Shown one piece after another: positions 38,077 to 52,370 of a DNA stretch of 64,000 nucleotides; within the stretch, counting starts at the first letter, position 1; every line of letters begins with the position of its first letter. The translations under genes were made by a program, and so were the position numbers. This DNA comes from Centroscyllium fabricii. Lineage: Eukaryota. The stretch covers positions 9,734,001-9,798,000 of the forward strand of contig JBNRSN020000010.1 in NCBI GenBank assembly GCA_051313645.2, in the 5' to 3' direction. The notes beneath the pieces were generated by a model. The model did not search any database. It saw only the letters and a program-made list of their open reading frames with translations, and was not told the origin of the DNA.

Positions 38077-39100
38077 GGGCCAGAAATACGCGTCCCCACG
38101 GGTAAGTACACAATGGCCCAGAAATTAGACTCTCCCGTTTATGCGGGTGCTAGGACCATGCGGTCACCTAACGCACCGCACCATAATCGGACATTTTTTA
38201 CGAATAAACCTTCCTGCGTTCTCCGCCCCGTTCCTGGGCTGCGTGGCAGTCCAGCCACGCTAGGAGCGTAATATATGCGCTGCCGTCGTGCCTGCATTGG
38301 AGTGAAGCCCCGCCCACTGATCCCTAATTTAAATACAAAACGCCCCCTGCTTCACAGTCGAACTTCGTAGGAAGCAGTGACGTGAGGCCTCGATTAGGAC
38401 CACGCCCACTGCTGCACACACAGACTCGGCAGTGAGCAATGCGGCCAGAGCAGATTTTCAACGGTGGTAAGTATCAGCGATTTTTTCTCTAATTTTTTTA
38501 AATTATCTAAATATTTAAACATTTCTGAAGTTAAAGTTTAAAAATAAGCGATTTGGAACAGATAGCAGTGTGTTTAACAATTGAAATTCAGATATTTATA
38601 ATTAAAAACAAACGTTAACACCCAATTTAAATGATAGCGATCTGGCCACATAACTCAAAAAAATTGATAAAACTTAAAATTAAAGGTAAAAAAGTCACTT
38701 ACCTTGTTTAAGAACGCACTGCTCTCACCAACGCACAGCTAACGACTGCTTTTTTCCCGTGATGCTCCAAGCGCATTTGCCCACAGATGTACGCACAGAA
38801 TCACAACGATAAACATCGGGATTTTTCGGTGCAATTCTTGTGTGCGTTCCATGCTGAGTCCTCTTCTGCCTCAGCATCGGAAAGCCCGCATTCATGCGCA
38901 TTCCCCGTGCAATAGCTGGCACGGGGTATTAGGCTCCATTCCTGCGGGTGCTAATCGTGGGATCGATCGGAATTTCTGGCCCTTTATTTTAAAAAGGTGA
39001 TTTCTTTACATGAGTGTGTGTACTCCCGCATCGGCCCAACGAAACTGGCGTCTCCGTGCAAGCACTGTTCATGCGCGGTGAACCCTAAATTCCATTCCCT
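38077..39100. mobile_element. Nested MITEs: inner 38115-38982 within an outer GGGCC-ended element
   Basis: Outer start aat|gggccagaaata. Inner ggcccagaaatt ... aatttctggccc. The outer dyad cgggtaagtacaca / tgtgtactcccg is split by the inner element. The outer right end is uncertain. Confidence 0.6.
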
Positions 39101-40639
39101 CAAATGAATGTGTTCACAGGTCGAACACATGTGCCGGACAGCCAGCGCCTATGCCTGGAACTTATGGTTTCTCCATGTTTCACCGGGATTTTGTTCGTGG
39201 CTTTGTTTAAGGGGCTAATGGTAGATAAGCCAATTATATGTTTCTGAGCTGCCCTGCCCGCTATGCGTTTGTTAATCGCATTTCCACTTCCTGATTCTGA
39301 GCTCAGCATTTATTGAGCGGTAATAAAGATAAACAAGCAGATCAGTAGATTGTTAAAAGGAAAACCAATGCTTATGAACAGAAGCTAAAACTATAAGATA
39401 AAAAGAATCCTGCAGAAGATAAGTGTTACTGTGAATGCAATAGAGGTTTGCAATTACAGGGGTGGAAGGAATGGACACATCGAGTGAACAATTCGAAAAA
39501 AACACAATTTTTGTCAATACCCCTTTAACTCCCACCCTTGCACTTATCGAGATTATATTTTGACGAATCAAAAGGATAATGCTCACCAGCCTTAGATATT
39601 GAAAATACTTGCTCCATGCCCTGTTGCTTGCCGATGTATCATGTTTTCACCGTCCGAAGCAGAGAGATACTGCAGTGATTTAAAATGCACTGCGGGTGTT
39701 CTTCCACTGGACGGGCTCTTACGTGAGGGAGCTGGCTTACTTGACAACACTAGTTATATCTTTCCCGGTGTTCCTAATCTCCCAACAGATCAGCACATTT
39801 CTATTGTGTAATCTGGGCATAATGAATTTTAAAATAAGCCTGCGTGCTAGGCCCATCCTGTTGGATGTTCGTAATCATTTTTTATCTGGACTTCTCAGTG
39901 TCCCCCTTTGTCCTGGAGGTATTTAAGATGGTCTATTCCTAACTAGACATATCGGCTTCCTGCTGTGGATGGTCTGTGCAAATAAATTTCAGGTGCTTCA
40001 ATCGGAGGCCCGATTGCTTCTAATACATAATTGCTTAAGCTTTGTGTGCTTTCAGCTTTCTAGACAAGTCTGCAGTCTTTGTAATACACAGCCTCTTACT
40101 CCACGGTGATATTTACAGGCCTGGTATCATGGGGCTGACTGTGTCCATTTTGTCCTGCCCTGGATTTTTAAATTTCGTCCAAACAGGGTTTCTTTGATAA
40201 ACCAAATAAATCTTCTGCAGTGGAGGCATGACATTTTTTGAATCATTTCAGTCCCCTCTAGGACACTGAAACTTGCTTGAGGTGTCCAATCAAGGACAGC
40301 AACATTTCTGACCCCACAACTAACCTTGCAGTGTATTTATCTATCCACGACCTCACGACACTAGCATTCCCCCAATAAAATGAGAAAGACATTTTGGCAT
40401 ACCAGAAGAATCCGGAGACATCAAATACTGTAACTTACATCAATATACAATTGCACAGGTGGTCCAACACCCCTGCACCACTTCGCACGTTACAACATTG
40501 TTACATTCAAACGCAAACCTTATTAACATAGCAAACGGAAGTGAAAATCTTTATTAAAAATAACAAAACGGAATGAACGATCTATATTAAAAATAGTAAA
40601 GGAAAACTGACATCACCCTATGTTGATATGACACAGAAC

Positions 40640-41059
40640 TCACGCGGCTGTTTCATCAGACCGAGTATACTGGTCCTCCCATACCCTTTGTGCCCTAACC
40701 ACGACTTCGCGCCGCCATTTCCTATACAGAATGTAAACCAGGTAGAGGACGATTCCAAGCAGAAATATTACAAGCAAGTCTGATGCCAGATGAATCCATG
40801 AGGGGTCCTCGATATTCTCAACGATGTCGCACCAGGGTGGGGTCTTAATACTTAGAGAATCGGCCCCTAACTGGAATGCGTTTCCTTGCAGTGTGTAGAA
40901 TTGCTGTTGTGACACTACTACGACTTTTAATATTTTACTGCGGTGTTCTGTGAGAGGGAGGATCTAGTAATCTAATTGGTATATATACTTTTTGAGGTCT
41001 GTAAAGTTCTCTTTGACAGTTAGGTGAACCGTGGAATGATAAGTAATGGGGACAACTCG
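40640..41059 (-). pseudogene. env/fusion-glycoprotein-like C-terminal remnant (heptad-like segment, Trp-rich stretch, TM, basic tail)
   Basis: Extending ORF 40640-40915 upstream through one TAG (40964-40966) gives RVVPITYHSTVHLTVKENFTDLKKYIYQLDY*ILPLTEHRSKILKVVVVSQQQFYTLQGNAFQLGADSLSIKTPPWCDIVENIEDPSWIHLASDLLVIFLLGIVLYLVYILYRKWRR. The family is inferred from architecture only. Confidence 0.5.
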
Positions 41060-41561
41060 TTACAGTGCCACTTCAACTTCTGAACACTTCTAATAAATCT
41101 TTATTCATCCGTCTCTTCTCTGAGGAGAAGTAACCAAGTGTCTCCACTCTATTCACATAACTGAAGTCCCACTTCACTGGAACCGTTATTGCAAATATTT
41201 CCTGCATCCCATTTAAAGCTTTCATATCTTTGTGAATTTGCAGTCCACCGGCTCATCAGAATACCTTGCTTTTGTACTCCACGCCTCTCTTTATGAAGCA
41301 AATGATCGCTTATGCTTTTTTAATCGCTTTCGCAATCTGCCTTCCACCTTCGAAAATTTGTGCACATATACTCCCAGGTCTCTGTCCATGTAACTCTTTT
41401 AGCATTGTATCCTTTTATTTCAACACGTAATTCCTGCCAAAATTGTATCACTTCACACTTTATTGCGTTAATTTTTTTCTATCCCGTGTCTGCCCATTCC
41501 ACCTTTCCGGCTATGTGCGCTTGAAGTCTATTACTATGCTCCTCGCTATTTGCTATGTGCC

Positions 41562-44500
41562 TGTGGCAGGACCACTGAGTGACTGTCATTACTTTACATA
41601 ACTCCCTATGTCGATGTTCTAACATAAGCCAAAATCTGCACCATTGTGTTCGGTTTTCCTGCGTTTATAATATAATGTTTGCATATGTGTGATTTGGCCC
41701 TTTAAGAGCGTGGGAAACGCGGGAAAACGTGACGACGTCACGTCGCAAACCAGGGGCTGCCCAAGCCGTCCGTGCAGTTTTTTCTTGAATTGAAGACCTG
41801 TTTGATTGTGCTCCTGTGTAGATCGCCGTTTTTGTCGCAGGAGTTCATCAATTCCTACATTGGCAAATGACGTGCCAAATGACTACCTGGATTCAGAGGT
41901 TTAAACTTGTAATTAAAGGTTTTTATTACGCTAGAGCATGGCAGTGAGTTAACACAGATCAACCTTCATTCGTCCCCGACGCAGCACTTATGAGCAAAAG
42001 TCAAACCCATGGGGCCAGGGGTGATTATCAGTGGTTATACCTGCAGATTAGTCCAGAGTATTAACAAGCAATGCAAAGGGGAACACACACATATTTCAAC
42101 TTGTAAAAACAGGCAATTCAAAGAAGAACACACAGATATTTCAGCCAGTACAAACAAGCAATATGAAGGAGAAGAAACAATTATTTCATAACTGTAACAA
42201 CGCTTATGTGAAAGTTTTCACAAAGTAAGTACACAGAATTGAATTAAACGCCGTTTCGGTAAAGCTACCACAGCTCTTTGAGCATAAAGCACCGAGTGGT
42301 TTATCCAGGTCGATGGCCAGTTCACGCTTCAGATCATCGATGCAGATCAGACCAAATATCTGAACGTGGTCTCTGTAATCGAGTGCTCTGCTGCCTCTAA
42401 GATCGTCAGCCTCCTCAAGATTCGCCCTATGGAGCACAAGTATGAAACCCTCAAAGAGTAGTTACTGCAGGCCGTCAGGATCGCAAACTCGGAGCGTACC
42501 CGTCGATTCCTCACTGTGCGCAGTCTCGGGGTATCCAAAACTTCAGAGCTGATGAGTCAAATGCTCACACTCCTGGGTTCCAAACCGGAATGTTCCATCT
42601 TTCGAAAAATATTCCTCAGTCATCTGCCTGAACAGGAACAATCTGCCCTGGCCTGAAGCAAATCTGATGACTGTGCCGCACTCCCTGCGGAGTCTGACAA
42701 CATTTTCACAGTACCTCGGCAGTACTGAGCAGACATGAGGCACGCATCCCCCAGAGATGCCGCCACAGCTCGTCAGCATCCTGGGCTGTGTTTCTACCAC
42801 TTGCAGTTTGGCGTGAAGGTGAAGCATTGCCACCCTCCATGCCGTCTTCCCCCGCAAAAGAACGAGCAACTTACACCGCGATCACTGACAAACTTGTCTA
42901 GCAGGAACCCCGCGGCTGCGATGGTGTCGAAAAAGTGAGAAAATTGCTGCTCCACACTGATAATCCCTCCAATTATTGTTTTATGCGTGACAACGCTGCA
43001 CAGTGCAATATTTTACCCGCATCCACCCTCGATGTGCAAACGGATATTTTGGCCCCACTGTTGAAGTGACCAATTGTTGAGCAATTGGTACCTTCGGCAG
43101 AACGCGAGCGGAGGTATTTCTCGTGGGGCAATTTATTAACTGCGAATTTGTTATGGTCAAATTTTCCCAGTCCCACCTCACAGCATATTTCCTGTGTGCC
43201 AAATGCCTCCTGCTCGATGTTAGGAATCGGCGGCTGGTCAGCAAAGCAACTTTCAATCTCTCCCATGTTACCGCACTAACACTACATCATGCAACGTTTG
43301 CTGTGTACTGCAGCTCCTGATTTGTTCGCTCGCCTCCTTGTGAATTCCCAGCTCTGATAAGAACCACATTCTCCTCCACATTCACCAAACATGGTGAGGA
43401 ACATCACATTACCAACAATTTCCCCCCCATCGACGAGCGGTCCCGGCGTGTCGAACCTGCCAAACTGGCAGTCGAAAAGTCAGACCTTGCAATCATCGAA
43501 TGATTAGGGCTTATTCGTTGTTTGGATAGCCCCTCGTATTCAACTCTGCACATCGTCCCGAAGCCTGGCGTTGGATGGCGGCCATGCAGTGATTATGGAC
43601 AACTTATTGACGCCACCACGCCTGAGCGGTAGCTAATCCCACACATTCAGCATTTCTCTACCAATTTTGAAGGGAACACTGTGCTCTCAAAGGAGGACCT
43701 CGTCCAGTGTTACCAGCCGGTCCCAGTTCATCCACAAGACGTCCCCAAGAAGGCAGTCATCACCCCATTTGGGTTAAAGTACATCGACAGTCTTTCCAAT
43801 GCCGGATAGATTCGGTGATGCAGGTCCTCATGTTCCTCTTTGTCCACCTAGATGATATTCTAATTCCCAGTCATTCTAAGGTATAACATAACTGTCCCCT
43901 ACGTACCCTTTTTCAGTGCCTCTCCCAACAAGGTCTAATAATCAAACCGCCAAGTGTCAGTTTGTTCTGCACGAAATTGATTTCCTGGTGCATCGCCTCA
44001 CCTCAGAGGAAGCAGTACTTTTACCTTCGAAGGTGAAGGTGGTAATGTAATTTTACCGCCCGCAGAACATAAAGGTACTTTAGGAATTCCAAGGCACGGA
44101 AACGTTTTACCACCTTTACGTGCCTAATGCAGCACTGCTCATGCAGCATCTGTGTGAGGCCCTCAAGGGCAAGACTGGCAAGAACCCGGTAGACTGGACG
44201 CATGACATTGCCTGAGTTTTCACCAACAACAAAAGTGATTTTGCCAAGCCGACAATGCTGGCATACCCGCTGCCAAGAGCCACCATCACACTCACCACCG
44301 AATTCTCGATTAATCAGTCAGTGCGGTTGAACAGTAATGCGTGAGTGCGACGTGGCAGCCATTGGCATCTTCAGCAATCAACCATGCCAGAACAAGAGAG
44401 CATAAAGGACGTTCCACTGGTAGTTTATCGCCCTTTTTCTGGCCATACAACATTTTCGGTTTCTAATCGTAGAACGTCCTTTCACCGCGTTGGTGGACCA

Positions 44501-46272
44501 TAAACAGTTAACGTTTGCTGTGCCCAAGACCGCCGAAACGTGACAGGCCCGACACCAGCGGCAACCGACCGACATATCCGATGTCACCATGGATATACAG
44601 CATATGGCCGGTGAGGAGAACATGGTGGCAGACTGCCTCTCACGCGCAGTCATCAATATGGTTCATTTGTGCATCGATTGAGCCGTCATGGCAGCAGATC
44701 CAGCATCTGCCCAGGAAGATCATGCTGCTAGCACGGTCATCACTGGCATCCAGCTGGCTGTCATCAAGTTTAATTCGGCAGGCAACACGCTGTTGTGTGT
44801 TGTTTCTCTCCAGTATTCTTGCCCTGTTGTGCAGGTCGTTTAGCACCGCAAGTGGTTTGGCACCAAACATGAGTTCTCCCATCCAGGAATGAAGGCCTCC
44901 CAGAAACTGATGTCAACAAAATTTGTATGACATGACATGAATAAAAATGTCTGCGACTGGGCCAACAACTACGTTGTCTGCCAAAGGCCATGGTTCAGCT
45001 CCCCATCAAAGCTCTGTTGGCCACTTTCACAGTTCCGAGCGACCTTTTTACCATGGCAACCTGGAATGGGTAGACAACTACCACTGTCCCAAAGTTTTTC
45101 ACGCATCCTGTCCATGGTTCAATGCACCACTAGATAGCCGGCGGGGCTCCTTCTGTCATCCACTACTTCAGCCTACATGGTCAGGGCATTAATTATTTGC
45201 GCTGTATCGCCCGTTTTGGCATGTCCACAGATATTTCGTCCGACAGGGAAAGGCAATATTCTTCTGAAATGGGGAATGCAGTAGCTCAAGGATCCGGTGT
45301 CAAATTGCACCGCACAACAGCCTACCACCCACAGTCGAATTGCCTGTTTGAATGCTTCCATCGTCATTGAAAGCCGTGTTGAAGGCATGCCTACAGGATG
45401 GTGGATGGGTAGACAAGCTACCATTGGTCTAGTTAGTTGTTTGCATGCCCCCCAAATAAGTCCTTAACTCTTCATGAGTCGAAGAGGTTTACTGTCAGCT
45501 GCTGTGATTTTCTGTGGATGCCATAACAGCATCAGCGGAGCCGTCGTCCGTGCCTGCCCAGCTTTCTAGTCACCGAGATATGGCCAGATGTTTTGCACCG
45601 GTGCCCACTTTGAGTATGAATTATCTCCCATGACGCACATGTGGATCTGCTCAAGGTGTCATGTGCTGGTCCCTTCCACGTGTTAGAAGCAGGGGACAAT
45701 AACTTCACAGTCGACGTCGGTGCTAAACCAGACCACATCTAGTATTGCCTCTTAAAGTTAGCACATTTAGACACCAACCACGCCATCGGCACAATACAAT
45801 GCCGAGGTGGGTTCAGCCGCCCATCATTGTTACGACAGAGCAAGTACAACCACCCACCAGACCACCAGCCGCCCAGCAGCCTCCGCCTATATAGCACATG
45901 AGTCGTTTTGACAGGCTCGTCAGAACCAGCACTGCTGAATTTGTCTGTCAAAGCAAATTCTGGGGGATGCATGTTGCAGGACCTTGGAACGACTCTGGCT
46001 AACTCTGCATAATAACTTTAACGATGTTCTAACATCAGCCTAAACCTGTACCATTTAATTAGGCACCACCGTGTTTTGTATATATGTGTTTCCATGTACG
46101 GGGCGTGGCCCATTTAAGAGCGCGGGAGAACGCCAGCAAAAGTGATGACATCACGTCTCAAACTATGGGGCTGCTCAAGCAATCCCTTCAGCTATTTCTT
46201 CAAGTAAATTCCTTTTTCATTGTGCTCCTGTGCAGAATTCCGTTATTTCGTAGGAATTCGTCAATTTCTACG
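41562..46272 (+). mobile_element. Heavily degraded Gypsy LTR retrotransposon, CsRn1-type
   Basis: About 300-bp diverged LTRs at 41562-41859 and 45972-46272; 4-bp TSD TGCC; PPT-like tgggggatgc. gag NAVSVKLP and CHCC motif CFYHLQFGVKVKHCHPPC; decayed RT (HLDDILI), RNase H (LVDHKQL) and integrase (TTAYHPQS). Confidence 0.85.
41870..42220 (-). mobile_element. Possible solo LTR inserted in the Gypsy leader, with ~45-bp triple repeat
   Basis: Minus-strand AATAAA near 41922 and tgtgaaa at the right end; three units aca(a/g)gcaat...ga...atttca at 42064-42188. Confidence 0.35.
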
Positions 46273-48689
46273 TGCCGAAGTTGTGTGTTAACATCAAGAT
46301 AAATCACTAATATGTATATATAGACAAACATTTCACCTTGTATCAACCTCTGGGGATCACCACTGTATAGTTTCCTCCATTCCGAAGAACAACTATTAAC
46401 TAACACTCTCTGTTGCCTGTCACATAGCCAATTTCGTATCTATACAGCCACTGTCACTTTTATTCAAAGTGCTTAAACTTTTCTGGCAAGCTTATTATCT
46501 GGCACTTTATCAACGCCTTTGGGACCTCCATATATACCACAAAAACCGCATTGCCTTCATCAACACTCTCTGTTACCTCATCAGTATACTGAATCAAGTT
46601 AGTTAAACACGATTCGCCTTTAACAAATCAATGCTGGCTTCACTTAATTAATCAACACTTATTACTGTTAATTTTGTCCCAATTATCACTTCTGAAAGCA
46701 CTCTCACTACTGAGGTTAAAAGCCGAGTCCTGTAGTTACTGGGTTTACCCTTGCCCACTTTTATGTACAAGAGTGTAACATTTGCAATTATTCAAACCTC
46801 TGGCACCATCCATGTATCTAAAGAGCAGTGGCAGGTTATGGCCAGTACCTCTGCAATTTCCACGTTTACCTCGCTCTACATTTTATGATGCATTCCAGCC
46901 AGTCCAGTTGACTTATCCATAAGAACAGCAAAGCTTTCTTCACCCTCCTCTAACAATTTGTATCCCATCGAATATATCAACTACCTCCTATTTCAAAATG
47001 ACTTTGGCAGCATATTCTTCCGTGGTGAAGACTGATGTATGGTACTCATTTAGTACCTCCGCCATGTGTTCTGCCTCCATAAGAAGGTCCTGCTTTTGCT
47101 CCCTAATCGCCCATAATCCTCCCCTTACTACGCGTTTAATATTTATGTGCCTCTGGAAGAATTTCTGGATTACCTTTCATGTTAGGTCTCAATCTATTCG
47201 CACAGACTCTCTTTGTCTCATTTCCTTTTTCGCATCCCCTCTGAACGTTTTATAGTCATTCTAGTTCTCGCTTGTAATCTCAACCTGATATTTTTCACAC
47301 ACACCCTATTTCTGCATCATATTACGTTTACTCTCTTTCTCTTTTGACATCTAGGGAGCTTTGACTTTTGTTGTCCTACCTTTCCCCCTCGTGAGAATGT
47401 ACCTTTACTGTACCTGAACCATCGACACTTTAATGGCAGCCCTTTGTGCGATTTACAGTTTTGCTGTCAATCTTTGATTCCAATTTACCCGGCGCAGATC
47501 CGGTATCAATCAACCGAAAATGGTCCTATTCAATTAGATTAGTTTGCACTAGATTTCTCCTATAGCTAATCAAAACCTTATGCGAGGGGAACTGTTCCAT
47601 ACGCATTATCCTACCGATATTTTAACCACCTCCAATCCCAGACAGAGATCCAGCAATGTCTCCTTCCACGTTGGGTTGGCAATATACTGGTCAAGGCAGT
47701 TCTCCTGCAAACACTTAATTGAGGAAATTATCATCTCCAGTTTATTTTCATCTTGTAATAACGCAGATATGCACACACACAATCGCAAATCTATCAGAGC
47801 CGGGTCTTGTTTCAGTTTATTTCTCCACCACCTTTCTGTGTTCCTTAAGGTTGGATGGAAATGATCTTGGAGATTCTGGATTAAAACTGCTGTCCGTGTT
47901 TCTGAGGAACTCAGTGTAAAATACAGTTGTTTGGTATGTACCGTATTGTGTTAGATTGTGTTTAACATAACTAGATGTCGAACATTGTACATTGTTATTC
48001 GTATCATTAATCGTATAATTAATAAACACTGAGCTACCATGATAATTATTCAGTCTCACCCTCTCATATCGCCAGGCTGGCGGACAACAGTCTCAGAGAT
48101 TCTTGAGGCAGGAATCTTGTCTCCACTCTCGGTACAAACGGGTCACTGACAGGGCTGTACCTGGGTCATAATATATTGGGAGATTTAGGAGCGAAACGAC
48201 TGTCTGAGGCTCTGAAGAACCGGAGCTGTCAATACAGAAACTGTCATCGTGTGAGTACATTGTCATTGGATGTCCCAATTAATTATCAGCATAACTAATT
48301 CTATTACAACACAGGCTAACAAGATTCGATCTGTACATATTGAAGATTATAATTATTAGCACCAAATATACAAATATGCCTCTTTTATCCATGCTTTTTC
48401 TTCCCCTCTGATGCCCAGTCTGACTGATAATGGACTCACGGATTCTTTTGCCGAGGATCTCAACACTGCACTTCATTAAAACCGATCACTGATGGAGCTG
48501 AACCTGAACAGTAATAGTGTAGGAGATTCAAGAGGAAATCTACTGTCTGCTTCTCTAACGAACACTGAATGTTAATACAGAAACATCGGTAAGCACTGGA
48601 TGGTGTGAGATTGCCTTCATAACACGTCGATTTTTAAAGCTGTTCAGCATTATTACTATTAGCGATATAATTATGAATCAACATTGGAT

Positions 48690-51600
48690 GTTCTATGACT
48701 CGTTTCCGAATCTTTTCATGTTCCCGTTTGTCATTGTTTGCTTTGTAGTCTATGTACAAATTTATGCCTTTTTTAAGTTTCAGTTTTGACTTTCGCTAGT
48801 ACGTTCTTGCCTTTTGATTGGAATTTATTGCTCTTGCAAACTATTGATCACGATCAAAATTTTCTCCAGTTCATTTTCCCTATTTCCAAACCGACCCCCT
48901 CAAAACCAACTTTTTAGCTAACGATTACTTTGGTCTTTCACTTACTAATGCACATCTCAATCTTTATCCTAAAACTTATTGTATATTGATCGCTGTTGCC
49001 TCGATGATCCCCTGAGCAAACTTTTCATAACTGACTTAGTTCATTGCACATTTCTAGGTCCAGCAGTTATCCCTCTCTTGCTGTGGTTACTACATACTTG
49101 TTAATAAATGAGTCCTTAACACACTATAGAAATTCCATCACCGTTTCACCTTTGTTTACCTCTTCCCAGTTGTGGGTAGTTGAAATCTTACATATCAGTT
49201 ATTTTGTGTCTCTCAATCACTTCATTGATTTGTTTACCTATGTCTTCCTCCTCCTCACCTCCACAATAAGGTGATCTGTACGCTACCACATTGGTGCAAT
49301 CGTTCCCTTTTAATTCAGCTCAATCCATATCGATTCTGTTTCAAATGTTCTTTTATGAATGTCCGTTTATTCTACTGCCATTATGTTAAAAATAATTAGT
49401 ACAGCCGCTACACCCCTTATTCCGCCCTGACATATCTAAATATGTTATGCCCTGCAAAAAAAGTGTGGCAGTCCTGTTCTTTATTTAGCCATATTTTGGT
49501 TATAGTTACTAAATCTGTTTCTTCGCTATGTGTTAGTGCCTCCAGTTCCCCGTTTTAATTTGGACGTTGTTTAGATTGCTGTACAACCAATGTAATTATT
49601 TTTGATTAGTCAATCCGTTCCCGTTATTTTAACTGGTGATAATTATTCTGATCTATATAAACAAATTTTTCAGGTGCCGGACAACATTGTGAAGCATTAT
49701 AAAGATACAAGCTGCACATTGGCTTGCAAAAGATAAATATAATTTGACTAAACTTTATTTCAGTAATAGGAGGGTTCTGACGGGGGCGTTGCGAAGTGCG
49801 AGGCAGACTTAAATGGGTTTAGAATGCATGTGCGCAATACTATGGTAAGGTTGGTGAGCTGACAATACAAGAACACATATGGTATTATGATATAATTGTA
49901 TCATATAAGGGCAATGACAGAGACTGGCACAGCCAAGTGGAGGGACGGGCACTTAATTTTGCTGCTACAATCTATGCCCGAAATGTAATGAAGGATAAAA
50001 TGATGGCGTGTGGCAGTACTTAAAAGGGATGACGTGGTTGTGGGATCAAATATATAATATTTGTTAAGAATTAACGAAACAGAGGAGTTATTCTGCAGCC
50101 ATTTGAATACTATAAACCACCAAATGGGGGAAAGAAGATAGAGGAGCAAATTTGCATGCAAATTCTAGAAGGACGCGTGTTTTTTAGACGAGTTATTATG
50201 AGGGACCAGAATTGTCGTAATGTATTTTTGGAAAATGACTGTTAAGAGAAGATGGCGAGGATTTCCTGAAATGTGTAATGATAACGCTCTTGAACATATT
50301 TTCAGCCAATCCGGAAGGAAACCGTGATGGGTCTAGGTTTGGGGAATATACTGGAGCAAGTATTGTCAAGTTTGTTAAGCGCAGATTTAGTTGGAATAAC
50401 CTGATCGAGTTTGTTGATAAGGTAGCAGAGGAGCTCTGTATGAGGTAACAGCGAGGTTGGTAGATTGCAGTGGTGTTTACGTTGTGTATATGCACGTTGT
50501 AAATGTGTTTGATAAAGTACCCCCTAAATAGTCTTGCTGGTAAAATTGAAGCACATGAGATAACAGGGACAGAAGCAGAATTTACACAACATTGGTTGAG
50601 GATATAAAGGAGAACGCTGAGCTGACTGGCTATTTTTCAGACTGAAATAAGTTATACACTGGTGTTCCCCGTGATTCAGAATGTGGATGACTGTTGTTTT
50701 CGATATACGTTAATGATTTGAACTTGGGGTACCGAGCTCAGTTACGAAAGTTGCTGATTGAATGCAACTTTGAAGTGTCGTTGACAGAGATGAAAATAGT
50801 AACATATTTCAAGAAGATATAGATACGCTGCTGAGATGGGCGGCACATAGTAGATTAAATGCAATACAGAAAAGTGTGAAGTGATAGGGAAACTAAGGTA
50901 TGATAATACTTGATAAATTGTACAATTTTAAAGAGGGTGCAGGAACAAAGTACCTAGGGGTTTTGATGCACAATTCATTCAATGTGGCAGGGAAGGTTAG
51001 CAAAGAAGTTGATAAACACATGGTTCCCTGGGCTTTACAAATAGAGGTATAGAATACAGGAGTGTTTTCTAAACCTGTATGAAACTATGTCCTGGCCCCA
51101 GCTTCAGCAATGTGTCCAACTCTGGCCATTGCATTTTAGAGAAGGCATTGGGAAGGGTAAATACGATATTTACTAGAATGGGTCCAGGGATGACGGAATA
51201 CAATTACTTGGACAGAATGGAGAAGCTGTGGTGGATATCCTTGGAGCAGAGAAGGCTAAGAGGAGATTTCATGGAGGTATTTCAAATCATGAAAGATCTT
51301 AATAGATTTTTTAAGGAGAATCTGTTTCCAGTGGCATCATGGTCAGTAACCACAGGATCAATACATAATGTATTTGGCAAATGACCCATAGTGGACAGGA
51401 GGAAATGTCCAGCGAGATGCATGGGCCAGAATTCCCAGTCTGCCAATATCGGGTTTAAGGTCTGGTGCAGGCGCACCAGAGATTAAAGCCACAGGAAACA
51501 GCCGCTGCGCTGCTCCGGGGTTTACTATGCCGGCCAGCGGCGAGGGGGGGCGGGGTGGATTCCGTGCGTGGACAAACGCATGAAGCAGAGAACTTGCGTT

Positions 51601-52370
51601 GCGTCCAGACATTCCGATTTAAAAAATGTTTTTCTATGGACCAAAACCAGGATATAATACGTTGGGAAAAATCTGTCGTAAGTATCCGATTTTATCTGAT
51701 AAGTGTGTATTTGATTGATTTTAAGTGTTGTTTTTTTCAGGTTTTTAATTGTTGTTAACTTTAAAGAGAGGTAAGTATTTTTAGACCTGTCGGAAGTTGA
51801 AAAATGTTTCCGTAAATTTTTATTTTTTCTTTAAAATAGGTTATTTGTGTTAGTTGGTGTAATGTAACAAAATGTAGTGTTTTACATTTTTTTAATTTTT
51901 TTTTAGATGTCTTTTGGGCAATCTCTCTGTGGAAGTTTTCAACAGAGAATTAGTTCCACTGATTGGCTCCCTGCCAATCAGGTGGTCTCCAAATCCATAT
52001 GGCACTAATTACGCCCTTCAGATGCCCATGAAGCTCGCAGGGAGCTCTTACAAGCTGGGCTAACTGCAATTTCTGAGGGCAAAAAAGCAAACCTGAATAT
52101 GTGCAGTTGAAGTGCGTTAAGCAGTTACTGCACCTGCACGAAGGTTCCACTGCAATTTCTGGGCCGTAGTTTCCTATGCACTGCTTGAACTGGTGATGGA
52201 CGCACATTCAGTAATAACTTTCATTTCGATTATTAATTGAAAATGAATAAATATTGTCGGGCTCTCAGGAAAGAGCACGGCTTGCGTCTAATTGGATAGC
52301 CCCTTCACAGAGCTAGCACAGACATGCTGGGCAGAATGGCTGCCATCCATATAATTCTATGATTCTCTAT
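48690..52370. mobile_element. Old CR1 fragments (minus about 48690-49600; plus about 49750-51420 and 52170-52370)
   Basis: WISLEQRRLRGDFMEVFQIMK (51079-51384) and an attctatgattct tail near 52355. Confidence 0.7.
51423..52165. mobile_element. MITE (Harbinger-like family B)
   Basis: gggccagaatt ... ctgcaatttctgggcc; long homology to 32661-33226; subterminal hairpin at 51451-51490. Confidence 0.75.

Larger units (their letters stand above)
41070..47720 (-). mobile_element. CR1 LINE split by a Gypsy insertion (41070-41561 and 46273-47720)
   Basis: CR1 RT and endonuclease remnants (WRKLYSGDPQ; CLQENCLDQYIANPTWKETLLDL), continuous across tgcc|..|tgcc. Confidence 0.75.
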
